64,000 nt of DNA from Anolis carolinensis (taxonomy: Eukaryota). Shown in pieces: positions 25,232-38,385 of the stretch (positions are counted from its first letter, which is position 1; each line of letters begins with the position of its first letter). Position numbers and translations under genes: made by a program. Below the pieces are notes generated by a model. That model was not told where the DNA came from and did not search any database. It saw nothing but the letters and a program-made list of their open reading frames with translations. Location of the stretch: assembly GCF_035594765.1 (NCBI RefSeq), contig NC_085844.1, forward strand, positions 27,543,923 through 27,607,922. The letters are read 5' to 3'.

Positions 25232-25692
25232 TAATATACTTTATTTATATTCTGCTCTATCTCCTCGAGGGGACTCAGAGTGGATTACAGGGAACATATA
25301 TGGCAAACATTCAATGCTGTTATACAATTGACACCAAAGACAGACAGTACATAAACAGAGGCAAGGCTTCTCTCTTTTTTAATCTCTGGCATCTGGAGGC
25401 TGTGCTTGACTCGGCCATGGGAGGAGGCTGTTGTTTCATTTTTCCATGCCAAGGAGCCTGTTGTACATAGACTCCTTCTTGACTGAATGCCAGCATTTTT
25501 TCAGAGGCGCTTTTACCTCCCTTCCAAAGTGGTACCTATTTATCTACTCACATTGCTGTTTTCTAACTGCTAGGTAAGCAGAAACTAGAGCTGACGGCAG
25601 GAGCTCATCTTACCTGCGCCTTGAACCACCAACCTTCCAGTTGACAAGATCTTCTGTAGCTGACAGTTTATCCCGCTATGCCACCGCCACCC
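25232..25692 (-). mobile_element. SINE with Sauria-like head and body and L2-type tail
   Basis: ggtacctatttatctactcac...aactgctagg shared with the 54390 Sauria SINE; ggggactcagagtggattaca tail shared with the 443 SINE. Confidence 0.7.
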
Positions 25693-27681
25693 CTACTTTA
25701 CCCCATTTGAAGACATCTGATTTCAGCAATGGAAATCATGTGGCCTTGCAGATGGTGTTGGGTGCAGATTGTGTCCAAATGGCAGCAATGAAGTAGATGA
25801 ATGATTCTACTTTGTAAGATAAATACATTTGATGAAGGAGATTTAGGGTGCATCTACACTGCAAAATTAATATAATTTGACACCACTTTAGTTGCCATGG
25901 TTTAATGCTATGGAATCCTGTGATTTGTAGTTTGGAACTATAGTTCTTTACAACAAAGCACCAACTCCTGCACCGTTTTCTCTCTCCAAAAAAGGTTTTT
26001 ATGAAACCAGAAATGGCTTTCTATCGACTTCTGTTTTCCTTTTTTCCAAGGTGGTGCAAACCGCAATTTGTCCAGGGGGGTGGGTAGGCAAAAGGACCCT
26101 GGATTCAGAGTTTGTCCATCCCTGTTTTAAGACCAGGTATCATTCAGCTAAGAGTTCCTGGCTTAATTCCATTGCCCATGGAGCCACTTGAATCACATTG
26201 CCTCATCCTGCTGCATGACAGATTGTGTTGTTTCTGCTGAACAATATATCTTCTAGACAATTCCAGTATATGGGGCAAAAGAAGGAAATACTGAGGTCAG
26301 CCACAAAGCTCCCTCCTTCTCAAGAGCCATGGATCCTTATACATTTTCCTCTTCCTCTGTAGCGTGCACTCTGATGTACTGTCAGGGATGCTATCTTTGG
26401 CCTGACAGACAACAAAACTAGAGCATACATCAAGGGAAATGTGAATGTTATTTCTCAGCTAAATATACTGCATCTGCAATAAGGACATTCAGAGTGGGAA
26501 CATCTCCTTTCTGACAAACCTTTCCACGGATGGGGCGCCTTGCTCTGTGGCCTGCCTCGGTGTGTCGCACAAACTTGTGTGAGGCACAAGAGAAGTGTTT
26601 CTTATGGGAATTGTAAATTCTCCTCTCTGGTGGACGGTGGCCAGCTTTTGGACAAAATTCAACAAGAGGATAGCCTTCTCCAGCCTATTCAAAAGGGATT
26701 TACACATTTGTAAACTACACTTAGACACGTAAGTCAGACATTGTGTTTGACAGTGGGATATGTTGCCTCAGAGTGAGGTGAAGTCTCCTTCTCTGGAGGC
26801 ATTTAAACAAAGACTATATGGCCATCTGTTGGGAGTGCTTTGATTGTGTGTTTCTGCATAGCAGTGGGATGGATTTAATGGACCTTGGAGTGTCTTTCAA
26901 CTCTGTTTCTATGGAACTTCCATGGATTTAAAATCAGTTACCTAGCAGCTGGTGGCTGTTTTTCCTAACAAACCCAACAGCAGCTGCTGCTGATGAAAGC
27001 TTTTAAGGAAGTGGTTCTTGTTTTGTGGTTGTCCTTTCCCAAAGAGATCTTCATCTTGAGAAGAACTTTGAAAATTGATCTTATTGTGAGAACTGTTCAA
27101 CAGTGAAATAAGCCACCGTGGATTGTGGGGGACTCTCTAACTTTGGAGGTCCTTAAACAGAGGATGAAAAGGCATCTTCCAAGGGTTAAGTGTTGCTACA
27201 TGGCAGGAGTTTGGACTAGATGGCTTTTGTGGTCCCTTCCCATTCTAAGTGTCTACGATAAGAAACACAGGCTTTATGTATTAAGTTGCAGAAATGTGTT
27301 TTCAGTAAACAAATTAATAAGCCTGAGCAGGAAAGAATGGGATTCCACAGGGGCCAATACTGGCAGTAGGTGCTTCCAGAAGACTTTGCTGAAAGTGTGT
27401 AAGCAGAAAAGCAGACAGAAAGGAGGAGAACAAACAAGTCTGTCTCACTGCTATCCTCAATATTTTTTTTAAAAAGCAACATTATTTTAAGATTAGGCAA
27501 CAACTTGTGTAAATCATAATAAAAGTAGAAGGTGGTGAGAGAAAAACTCATGCCTTTGGAAAGAAGTGTTCAAATGGTCCCTAAAGGTTCACGACATTGA
27601 CTTGAGAATGGATTACTCAACCTGGTTGTTTCATTTCTCATGTGCATATTATTCGTTTGACGCAGGGGGGTGGAATTCACC

Positions 27682-27826
27682 GGGACATCAGAGAAGCCTC
27701 CCACAAGGATAATAAAACGTCAAAACATCCGGGCATCCCTTGGGCAACGTCCTTGCAGATGGCCAATTCTCTCACACCAGAAGTGACTTGCAGTTTCTCA
27801 AGCCGCTCCTGACACGAAAAAAAAAA
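27682..27826 (+). mobile_element. 5'-truncated copy of the 3009-family SINE
   Basis: gagaagcctcccacaaggat...gctcctgacacg(A)10. Confidence 0.8.
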
Positions 27827-28854
27827 CCCAACCCATTCACAACTTCAACCTGCCCCTATATTTTGTATGTTGTTTCTGCCTCTGGTCACAAATTTTCTGT
27901 TAAAGAACAATGTCATGGGACCCTTCAACTTCATTCATGGAGGTATTCCTGTAGTGTCTGCACCACTTTCTCTTGTCCCCACCTCAACCTTGAGCTATTG
28001 GAATGATGGAAAATGCAATCAAACACACCCAGAAGGTGCCAGTTGGGAACAGGGCAGCTCTCCAAAATGTCAGAGAGTCAAGTGTCTTTCTCAGCCTCAT
28101 CTTGAAATGCTGGGAATTGAACCCAGGACCTCTTCCACCAGGGACATGTGCTCTGCCGCCGATCTCCAGCGGCTGTTGTCCACCTCTTCCCACATGGGTT
28201 CATTTCCTATAAAGCGTGTAGGCAGGAGCAAAGCTGTGCTCCTGCATGATCAAGCGTCTCCATTCTGCTGACAAGACGGTGTCTGTATGCAGCACAAAGC
28301 ACTTCTGTCTCATTTCTTATGGCACAAAAGCTGCCTATTACCAGCAGTAGCGGCTCTGTAATGCTTTTCTCCCGTGGTGAATTTTCCAGAAATACTGCAA
28401 GCTCTCTATGTTGGAACATTCCCTAATAAAACGTGTGAGCGTTCTTGTCTGCCTTCAGAGCTCTTCTAGCTCTTCCCCCTAATTTCCATCTTTCGGTTTC
28501 AAAAGGCACTCAGAACGGCTATATGGAAGGAAGGCACATTGGTCATGTTCTTTTAAACACACGCAGGGAAAAGAAACATTCTCGCTGGAACAACAGCAAG
28601 GTCCCTTCTCCGAAGGAGAAGTTGCCCAGGGGATGGGTCCCAGCTTTGCTGACATCACTCCCATGGCCCTTGCACAAAACATGCTTGTGAAAATATCTGA
28701 CACGGATGCTCCCTGTGTGGGATTCTTATTCAGTCAGCCACGGCTGCTCGGGAAGCAAGGTTTGTTGCCATGGCAACAGGGAACCCACATGACATCCACA
28801 CTGCACAATGAGCGATGCAGGCAAAAACCTAAAGGACTGTGCAGCAGGCAGAGA

Positions 28855-28886
<32 letters not shown>

Positions 28887-29086
28887 CGTGCGCTAGGTGG
28901 TGTCCTGTGCCAGTGCCACACGTTTTTCTGCATCTTAGGGAATAATCCTCAGGTACACGATACAACCACGTAAGGCCACTCTGTTCTTCAAAGCACATGC
29001 AGGTGAGCGCCTGACATGAAACCAACACAGCTTTTGGGAGGAAAAGAGTGAGGTTTACAAATATTCAAAGCGGCATTTTCTTCTAC

Positions 29087-29621
29087 TAGAATCATAAAAT
29101 CATAGAATAGTAGAGTTGGAAGAGGCTTCATGGGCCATCCAGTCCAACCTCCTGCCAAGAAGCAGGAAATCGCATTCAAAGCACCCCCAACAGATGGCCA
29201 TTCAGCCTCTGCTTAAAAGCCTCCAAAGAAGGAGCCTCCACCACACTCTGTGGCAGAGAGTTCCACTGCTGAACAGCTCTGACAGTGAGGAAGTTCTTCC
29301 TGATGTTCAGGTGGAATCTCCTTTCCTGTAGTTTGAAGCCATTGTTCCGCATCCTAGTCCCAGGGCAGCAGAAAACAATCTTGTTCCCTCCTCCATATGA
29401 CTTCCCCTCACATATTTGTACATGGCTATCATGTCTCCTCTCAGCCTTCTCTTCTGCAGGCTAAACATGCCTAGTTCTTTAAGCCGCTCCTCATATGGCT
29501 TGTTCTCCAGACCCTTGATCATTTTAGTTGCCCTCCTCTGGACACATTCCAGCTTGTCAACATCTCCCTTCAATTGTGGTGCCCAGAATTGGACACAGTA
29601 TTCCAGATGTGGTCTGACCAT
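29087..29621 (-). mobile_element. CR1 LINE 3' fragment
   Basis: [38 protein letters not shown]; CR1 tail. Confidence 0.93.
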
Positions 29622-30351
29622 TTCCAGGTGTTATCTTATTCATGGGTGCATCTATACTGTAAAAGTAATGCAGCCCGACACAGTTTTAACTGCCATGGCT
29701 TAATGCTATGGAATCATGGGAGTTATAGTTTAATAAGCGAAAGCTAAAAACCTTGTAACATCAAAGACTGATTTCCAGGTTGTCCAAAATTTATACCATT
29801 AGGAAACAAGTTTACAGAGTGCTAGGTTCAGAATGCAGCGTATTTTAGTGATTTGAGCTTTGGACTCTGGTGCTGGAGATGCGGGTTCAAACCCCCTTCT
29901 CAGCCATGGAAACCCACTGGGTGACCTTGGATGAGCCACACACTCTCACCTTCAAAGGAAGGCAAAAACAAACCCCCTCTGAACAAAGAAATTCCTGTGA
30001 TAAGTTCCCCTTAGTGTTGCCATAGGTTGGAGAATACTTGGAGGCACAAAACAACAGATTCTGAATGGTTGACCTTTTTTCTTAATTGAAATGGGAGTCA
30101 CCTCTCACACCTGCAAAAGGTGGAGACAGTACAACACACCCATGGCACAGTTGTCTGTGTGAGTCATTGTTCTGGGCATGTCTTGAGCAGAAGGATCAAA
30201 ACCCCAAATACTATGATTCAGCCAAAGACACAAGAAGCACACTCCTCTATTCCTTTGACCTAATGCTGCATCACTTAGTTCATATTATTTCTCACAGCAG
30301 ATGATAAATAGTTTATCTGTGGCATACTAGCTTTACCACACAGTCTAGAAT

Positions 30352-31217
30352 TGTCACGCCCCAAGGCTACGGAGCACCAAGAACCAAACACGGAGGCCAA
30401 TAACTATCTAATATCTTTATTAAGGAAATATATAAAAGTAATAAAAACAAGTAGAAAATATAGTCCAGAAGCAGACCTATCAAATGAGGTCAAATATAGT
30501 CCAGAAATGTTTTGTCCAATAAATGATATTAGAGTTCAAAGTTAAATCCAAACCAAAACACACACTATTGCCAAGCAATAGTGTGGGGAAACGTCCAGGG
30601 TCTTTCAGGGTCCAAGGTAAAAATCCACAACAAGGTACGAGGGCAAGACTTGATTCTTGAAACAAGGTCCGTGGCTAGAAGCAAAGCGAGGCAATTCTTG
30701 AAATACTTGAATGAGCAAGGCAAGGAAACTGGATTTGCGGACTTTGCGAAGCCCACACAAGGCTGGAACGCGATTTCACTCCTGAAGCTGCTCTGTTGAC
30801 TCCGCACAGATCCAACCATGCCAGGCACCTATATCTGGGTCTCGTTTTCCCGCCAAACAGGTGTCCAGCATTCTCTTTCCCTAGAGAACGGAAAACGAAA
30901 CCCAGTTTTCTCCAGATGTGAGACTCCCTAGATTTTTCCAAGGGAAGCATGGCTAATCAGTGTCTTGTTTAGCTGCGATTCTCAGACTCCTGCGAATCTG
31001 CTCCCTTTCTCTCCTTTCCGCAGTATAGGACTGTCTCCTGGCAAAAGGAGGCGAGGATTGCTCAAGGTCTTTTTTAATTGCTTCTTGGGCAAAAACATCA
31101 ACATCAGACATCTGAAAGGATTCCGGCTGTTGTTGATCCGGAGAAAACCCTATGTTTTCATCCTCATCTGCCACAGGGACACTAGGAGCGGGACTACAAG
31201 GCCCATGAGTCATCACA
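30352..31217 (-). mobile_element. Solo LTR (866 bp, Gypsy/BEL-like), young
   Basis: TG...CA termini; perfect 5-bp TSD agaat (30347-30351, 31218-31222); minus-strand TATA-like box ~30830 and AATAAA ~30416-30421; CpGs retained. Confidence 0.9.
30953..31216 (-). CDS. LTR U3-encoded ORF (87 codons): acidic stretch plus RRSLRIAAK basic motif; probably the C-terminal tail of an internal ORF
   Basis: Open from LTR nucleotide 2; homologous frames in four other LTRs in this window. Confidence 0.55.
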   Translation of the reverse strand: MMTHGPCSPAPSVPVADEDENIGFSPDQQQPESFQMSDVDVFAQEAIKKDLEQSSPPFARRQSYTAERREREQIRRSLRIAAKQDTD

Positions 31218-34200
31218 AGAATTAGCCTGCCACAAGGCAGCCATTCCCAACTTGCTCCTTAAAAGTGTGTTGGACTACACCTCCCATCAGAATGGCCTGT
31301 GGTCAGGGTGATGGAAATGTCATATATAGCAACATTTGGAGGACACCAGGTCCCAGGCTATCCGAGGTTGCCTGGGATTTCTCTAAGTTGCACAGATCCT
31401 ACTGAAAGTCCCTGACATCTGAGGGAGGGAGAGGGAAAAAACAGAAACATGGCAGGGATGAAGGAAGGAAGGTCCCAAAAGACATAGAAAGGACGCTCTG
31501 CTTTAGGTATTGTGTGTCCTCAGGGGGAAGAAGTAAAGCTGTGGCTGCTGTTTTACTCAGCACTGTGGGTCTCTCTCCCCCGGCACCAACCAACAACAGT
31601 CTATGGGTCTGTCTCACTCCCCACAAATACCAGTAAAGCTGCTGCTCCCCAGGACTGAGCAGCAACAGTTTGTGGGTCTCTCTCACCGCACACAAACACC
31701 AGGGGATAGGAGAAAAGCTTCAGCAAGCAGTCTGCTACTGAGCCCAGAGAGATCATCCCATAAATGCAGATTGTTGTACCATACTTAGTGAAAAATAGGA
31801 CACCCCTTGAATATAATCCATAGTGCGTCTTCCTGAGGAAAAATAAATATAAGATAGTGTCTTATTTTCGGGGAAACACAGTACCTCACTAGGGATTGTG
31901 ACATTGCACAACTGAATGGTAACCAAATGACCATCTGCATGAACAATGAATATTTCCATGCACAGCTCTACTTTCACGGCCTTGAACTGGTGTTCTCCAT
32001 CAGAGAAAAAAGTGTATAGCCACTTCTGGAGGAGAAGATATGCATGCAGAAGACGCCAACAGATTCCAGCTGAAGAATCTGTTATTGCAACCAGGGCAGA
32101 AAACAGATGTGTGTTGAAATGCTTACTTTGCCTTCTTGGGCAGGGTGAATCTATGTTATTTTACAGAGAGAAAATGGACCTGCAAATATTCATACACATA
32201 TTCACACTGGGCTCAAGTCATAGTACAGTGAACCCAAACAGCCAAGTTATAGAAGCAGCTGTCAGAAAATCAAAGAAGTAGCTTTCTACTGTCCCTTGAA
32301 ATAAGACCTGAATAATACATAAAATATCCAGCATCTTTCCTTTCATGAAACTCAAAATTAGCTTCCTAAAGCAGCCACTTGAGTCTACCTAATGGCAGAG
32401 CTGGCCCGGAGAAGCCCACAACTGTCAAACAATGTTGCCAGAGCAAAATCAGATGGGAACTGGTGTTGCTTCTCTCATTGCCTTAATAAATGTCCGAACG
32501 ATTGCAGTTGATGACATGATGTTGCAGCTATTCCACAGTGAGATGTAGAAGGAAAATGATGCCACTGGTTGTGATGTTTTCAGAGTGTTCCTTTTTGAAG
32601 CACTGTGCATCTCATGCAGCCCTTCCCAACAGATGCCCTGGGGTGTGTTCTACTACAGTGCCCATTGCCTACCATGCAGGCTGTGGGTGATGGGGATTGT
32701 AGTTTTGCACTTTGGGGGGCTTGGAGACAAGGTAATTTGAGGTAGCATTGCTTTCTGCCAAATCAGAGCCTCCCCCAAGCTCCTAACAGGAGCGAGCTGC
32801 CTGCCAATTTTGTCGCCTTCTCAACACAATATAGTTCAGGCTTGTGCTGTGCCATTTGTCACACTCCTACGAGGTTCTTTTGTATGTATGCATAGAAGAA
32901 AGAGGATTGCCGCTTGTTACCACTATCATATATACTAATGGATCTGTCATGCAGTTTCAGAGTTTCTCTCCCCCACCCTGCATTATGTGTAGGATTTGAT
33001 TTGCTAACACTATCCAGAAGGTTACAGCCGTCTGGTATCACACGGACATTTGCTGGAATTTGAATTACACTGCAAATTCAGGAAAGCGAGGAGTCTTCCA
33101 TTAACTAGCTCTACTTAAAAGAGAGAGAAGGAAACAGGATGCTCTGCTGAATTCCTGCCTATTTGCTTTGAGATTTTGGCAGTTAGGAGATGACCGTGCT
33201 CTCTGCCTTCGAATGATGCCCTGGTACAAATAAATATATTCAGCATGGCACTGCACAGCAGACAATCAGCATCAGCACCAAATCCCTTTAATATTACAGA
33301 GTCATAGCTCTGAGACTCTACTTTAACTGCCATGGCAACATTTTATAGAAGGCTGGGATTTGCAGGTTTGGAAGGGATATTTAGACTTCTTTGCCAGAGA
33401 GCTCTGGTATCTCAATCAATGTAATCATAGTGTTACAATAATTGTGTCATGTGAATTGGTTCAATATAGACACATTGTCATGCACAGATGTTGACACTTT
33501 TTCCCACAGCAATGAGGGACAGAAACTTGTTTATTTTTTTTTAAAAAGCAAGTTTTCCTGAGATTATTTGCAGACAACTGGTTTATATTTTATGTTGGCC
33601 TTGCGTCTGAGTTCAGGAAGAAAGCAAAACAAGTGTCCAGTTTGACCTATCCCGTCTGCATTGTGCTGTGCACCCAACTCACATTAATCTGCAGTAAAAA
33701 TGGAGAACCATCAAGGGAAGGGAAAGTGGGCTACACCACAAGATTCCAGTGAAATGGAAACCTCTTATTTGGAAAGAATGGAAGCTGCTTCCCCCCAATT
33801 AAAAAAAAAAGATATTGCAAAGATACTGCATCTTTCAGGCCAATATAACTATTGCAGTAGGCAAAGATAAAGATTAAAGCCTCTCTGTCCAATTCACACA
33901 AACTCAACACACATATAGCAAGGTTCCCATCCATACTGGATCCCCTGTACATGCCATTTATGATATAACATGAGCTGTATCATACATAATTGGATTTTCA
34001 TATTGGTTGGCTCAGGCTGCATCATTATTCCTACTTAATGAGGAAGACATTTCATGGAGCATATTGGTATTTACTTTGATAAGGATGTAAGAAGAACCCT
34101 TCTGGAGCAGACTCAAGGCCTATCTAGATCAAAACTTTGAAAACCCTCACCACTATTACTTTTTGGACTCCTGTCTGGCATTTTTGCAGCCAGTATGCCG

Positions 34201-35107
34201 ATGGCCATGTTGCCTGGAGGGCTCTAGGAGTCAAAAGAAAGCAAATATACGCAGGCTCTCCTCTGGATTCCATAATCCCTCAAACATCTGCAGCAATGCA
34301 GGTTGCTAGGCACCCTTCGTTATAGCATGAAAGAAAATCTACCTAGGGATCTAACACAGACTTCTGAATATCACTTCTACCACCACTAAAATGTGGCAAG
34401 TTCTGGAGAGAATGAAGCAGTCCTTTGAAGAGGATTAGAATGTTCCCTTTACATACTTTCAGAGAAGTGTGATGAAAAAGGAAAATTACATCTCCTGTGA
34501 AATAAAAAACATAATCAGCTGAAAATTAGCCAGGGCACAAACACTATCATCCCTGTGCTGGGAAAATGTGTCAGAGAATTTTCATAATATGCAACAAGTT
34601 TAATACACACACGGGAAATGCATAAAATTTACAAGGTTTCAAAAAGATTAGATGGAATGCAACATCTAAAATAACTGTAAAATGAAGCCCAGACAATTGT
34701 AGAAGCGTTTTCAACCATATATTACTGGGTGAAAAGCTAGATTAAGGTGATTGGAGCACTGGAGCAATCTCTAACTAGATACAGTACTTCTTTGTAAGCA
34801 TAAGGGAGCTATTCTCAGAGTGCTGTTGGAAACGACAGTATTTGGTGGCCACTTAGCCCACTAGTCAGGAAGGTAGTTCAGAGACATAATATGACAGTTA
34901 TTCCCACGATCCCATGCACATTCACTGTTCCTGATCCAAAGGCACCAGGGCAATGAAGTGCCTGTACGCATTGTATGTATAGTTGCATCCCTGAACATAA
35001 AAGCTGCAATAAGTAGTGAAACATACAAGGCTTATTGCAGGTGCAAACATATGAACATGTATATTGGGGCTCAGCAATCCTCTGCTCCCAGACTAGCTGG
35101 ACTAGAT

Positions 35108-35431
35108 CAGGGCTTCTTAAACCTTTTCAACTTGCAACCGCACTCCACACAAGAAATGTTTATGTGAACCCAGGTATATATGTATATAAAATAAGTATAA
35201 AATCAAACATTTAATGAAAATAAATCAGCATTTGCAAAGTTTGCTATTTAGGCTGATTTTCCTCAAACATTTTCTGCAATGTCCACTGTGGACACTTCAT
35301 GTTGTTGCTAATAGATTTGTGTAAATGGATGGCATTCAAAAACCTTTTACTTTTGCAAAAAAATTTGTGACCCCAACATTGAACTAACAGGACCCCATTT
35401 GGGGTCAGGACAGACCGTTTAAGAAGCAGTG
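35108..35431. mobile_element. Non-autonomous hAT element
   Basis: TIRs cagggcttcttaaac / gtttaagaagcagtg; TSD gactagat/gactacag (6 of 8 match). Confidence 0.7.
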
Positions 35432-35827
35432 GACTACAGGTTGTAGATGACTTTAGGATTTTCTATTCATCTCGTTTTTAGTGCTGTTGGAAAAGCAGGC
35501 GGGGTTATTATAAAAAACTCTTTTTACTCTGCAGTTTTAGGAAAACTAAATGTTTACATACGAGTCAGGATTGGGGTGGAATTGGAGGAAGATGTCCTAA
35601 CTGGAGAATAGGACATATTGATGGGTCAATATCTTAATTTTTATTGATTTGCTCTTCTGAAATTAATGATGTTTTAAGACTGTGTGATTTTTTTATCATC
35701 AGTTTTAGCTTCATTTTGTACAGCATTTCTTTGTGTACATGTGTGAACTATTCTAGGAGGGGTGCCATAACATTTAAATATAACAATAGGCAACAACATA
35801 AGCATCTTCATATGTGAACTTCTAGAT

Positions 35828-36373
35828 CTCCTCTATTCTGCCTTGGTCAGACCACACCTGGAATACTGTGTCCAATTCTGAGCACCACAATTTAAGGGAG
35901 ATATTGACAAGATGGAATGTGTCCAGAGGAGGGCGACTAAAGTGATCAAGGGTCTGGAGAACAAGCCTTATGAGGAGCGGCTTCAAGAGCTGGGCATGTT
36001 TAGCCTGCAGAAGAGAAGGCTGAGAGAAGACATGATGGGTACATATAACTATGTGAGGGGAAGTCACAGGGAGGAGGGAGCAAGCTTGTTTTCTACTGCC
36101 TTGGAGATTAGGACGTGGAACAACAGCTTCAAACTATAGGAAAGGGGAATCCACCTGAACATTAGAAAGAACTTCCTAACTGTTCTAGGTTTTCAGCAGT
36201 GGAACTCCCTGCCCCAGAGTGTGGTGGAGATTCCATCTTTGGAGGCTTTTAAGCAGAGGCTGGATAGCCATCTGTAAGGGGTGCTTTGAGTCTGATTTTC
36301 CTGCTGCTTTGCAGGGGATTGGGCTGGATGGCCCGTGAGGTCTCTTCCAACTCTATAATTCTATGCTTCTATG
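35828..36373 (+). mobile_element. CR1 LINE 3' fragment
   Basis: [31 protein letters not shown]; ttccaactctat tail. Confidence 0.93.
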
Positions 36374-37731
36374 AACTCGTTTTCAGATCTATAAGTCTGA
36401 TGAGACCAACAGCTGAATAACGTATAATTTAATTAATTACTTTAGTAATCCTATTTTACTAATGAAATACATCATGAGAAACAAGGTGATCTTGAACTCC
36501 TAACCCAAGAATCCAAATATAATTTACTAAGCATCAGTGAAACTTGGTGGGATGAGTCTTGTGATTGGAGAATAGTAATCAAGGGGTTAGAACCTATTAT
36601 TATTATTATTATTATTATTTCATTTTTATCTCATCTTTCCACTGATAATGGGATTTAGAGCAGCTAACAATATATTGAAAACACTACAAGTTAAAAGCAA
36701 CACAAAAGTCAACATAATAGTATACATATAAGTTTGAAAAACAAGCAATTAAATATTAAAGAATGTAAGAATATTAAAGAAAACATTAAATATTAAAGAA
36801 TAAAATGTATTTAAGAACTTTACATAGACCCTTTAAAAATATTTAAAACAGCACTCACCATTAAAAGTCCAACCTCATCAGTTTGTAAATGCCTGACAGC
36901 ATAAAAATGTTTTCACCTGTCAGAAGAAGAGCAAGGATGATGCTTGCCATATGAAGCTGCCACCCAACACTCTGTCCCACCACCCTGTTCTCGAATTCAG
37001 ATCATCATCATCATCATTATCATATTTTATTTTATTTCATACACATCTCTCCTTGTGTTTAAATGTGGGTTAGGATACACTAGTATAAAAAGATAGGATA
37101 GGATACACTGGGAGGGGTCCTGTTTTTTTCCCCTAGAAACTATGGAGCAAGAAATTAGTTTTTAAAAATGGCGTTCAAGTATAAGAGAAGCACTTTTAAC
37201 TATTAAAAGTTGTACATTGTGTGTTCCTACCACACCACAACAGAGGTAGGTATGGATTTATTTATTTTTTTGCCTTGGCTATGAAATCTCTTCCTTAAAC
37301 ACACTTTCATGCTGCAATTGTATTATGAAGCTTTCCCAGAGTTAGGAGAGAGAGCAACCCAGGTGGAAACAGACACGCCCTGGGAGCAAACAGAAAGTTA
37401 GTTTTCCTTCCTCTTTTCTCAGGGTTAAAGCTCTGCCTAGTCTTATACTGATGGCTTTCTGACAGTTACGTCATCCTAACCTCATACATTAATTCACATC
37501 AGGGTTTCCCCCCCCCCCCCCACTTTCTCTGTTTTGCTATTGAACAGATTTCTAATCCTAAAAAAACCCCACAGTTTGCCATAGTAACCTAAAATCTGCA
37601 GCAAGAACACAAAATATTGTGGCCTGTATTGACTGCATAAGCTTAGTGCAAATTATATGTTCATTTTTACATAATTTGTCTTGGTTCAGTGGGTTCTGGA
37701 GCAGAGCAAATTGGTCACAGGCAGTTGATAT

Positions 37732-37959
37732 TTATTTATTTATTTATAGCATTTATATTCCGCCCTTCTCACCCCGAAGGGGACTCAGGGCGGATCACAT
37801 TACACATATAGGCAAACATTCAATGCCTTTTAACATAGAACAAAGACAAGACAAATATAGGCTCCGAGTGGGCCTCGAACTCATGACCTCCTGGCCAGAG
37901 TGATTCATTGCAGCTAATTGCAGCTGGCTTGCTCTCCCGCCTGCGCCACAGCCCGGGCC
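37732..37959 (-). mobile_element. Short L2-tailed tRNA SINE
   Basis: Near reverse complement of 47915-48148; TSD tgatat (37726-37731, 37960-37965). Confidence 0.85.
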
Positions 37960-38029
37960 TGATATCCCCTCTGGACCAGCAAGAATCTATGCAGAGCTCA
38001 AAGGGCCCAGTTCAGGGAGTGATGAGTCA

Positions 38030-38385
38030 ATATCCCACTGTTGAACAGCTTTTACCATAAGGAGGTTATTCCTAATGTTTAAATGGAATCTATTCTCCAG
38101 GAGCTGGAATGCATCTATCCATGCCCTAGTCTCTAGGGTAGCAGAAAACAAGCTTTCCCCCTCCTCAATGTGACATCTCTTCAAATATTGAAACATAGCT
38201 ATCATATCTCCTCTTAACTTTCTTTTCTCCAAGCTAAGCACACATAACCCCCTAAACCACTCCTCATAGGGCTTGACTTTCTGATCTTTTATCATTTTGG
38301 TTGCCCTTCTTAGGACATGTTCCAGCTTGTTAATATCCTTGATTGATTGATTGATTGAATATCCTTCCAGAAATGGACACAGTAT
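38030..38385 (-). mobile_element. Older CR1 3' fragment
   Basis: KPYEE...[18 protein letters not shown]...RFHLNIRNN. Confidence 0.85.

Noticed and set aside
31564-31702. Imperfect ~40-bp direct repeats (caacagt...tgggtct...cacaaa.accag)
   Set aside because: Only 2-3 degenerate copies with no structure or context suggesting function.
36396-36425. CTGATGA hammerhead box
   Set aside because: No stem II followed by GAAA.
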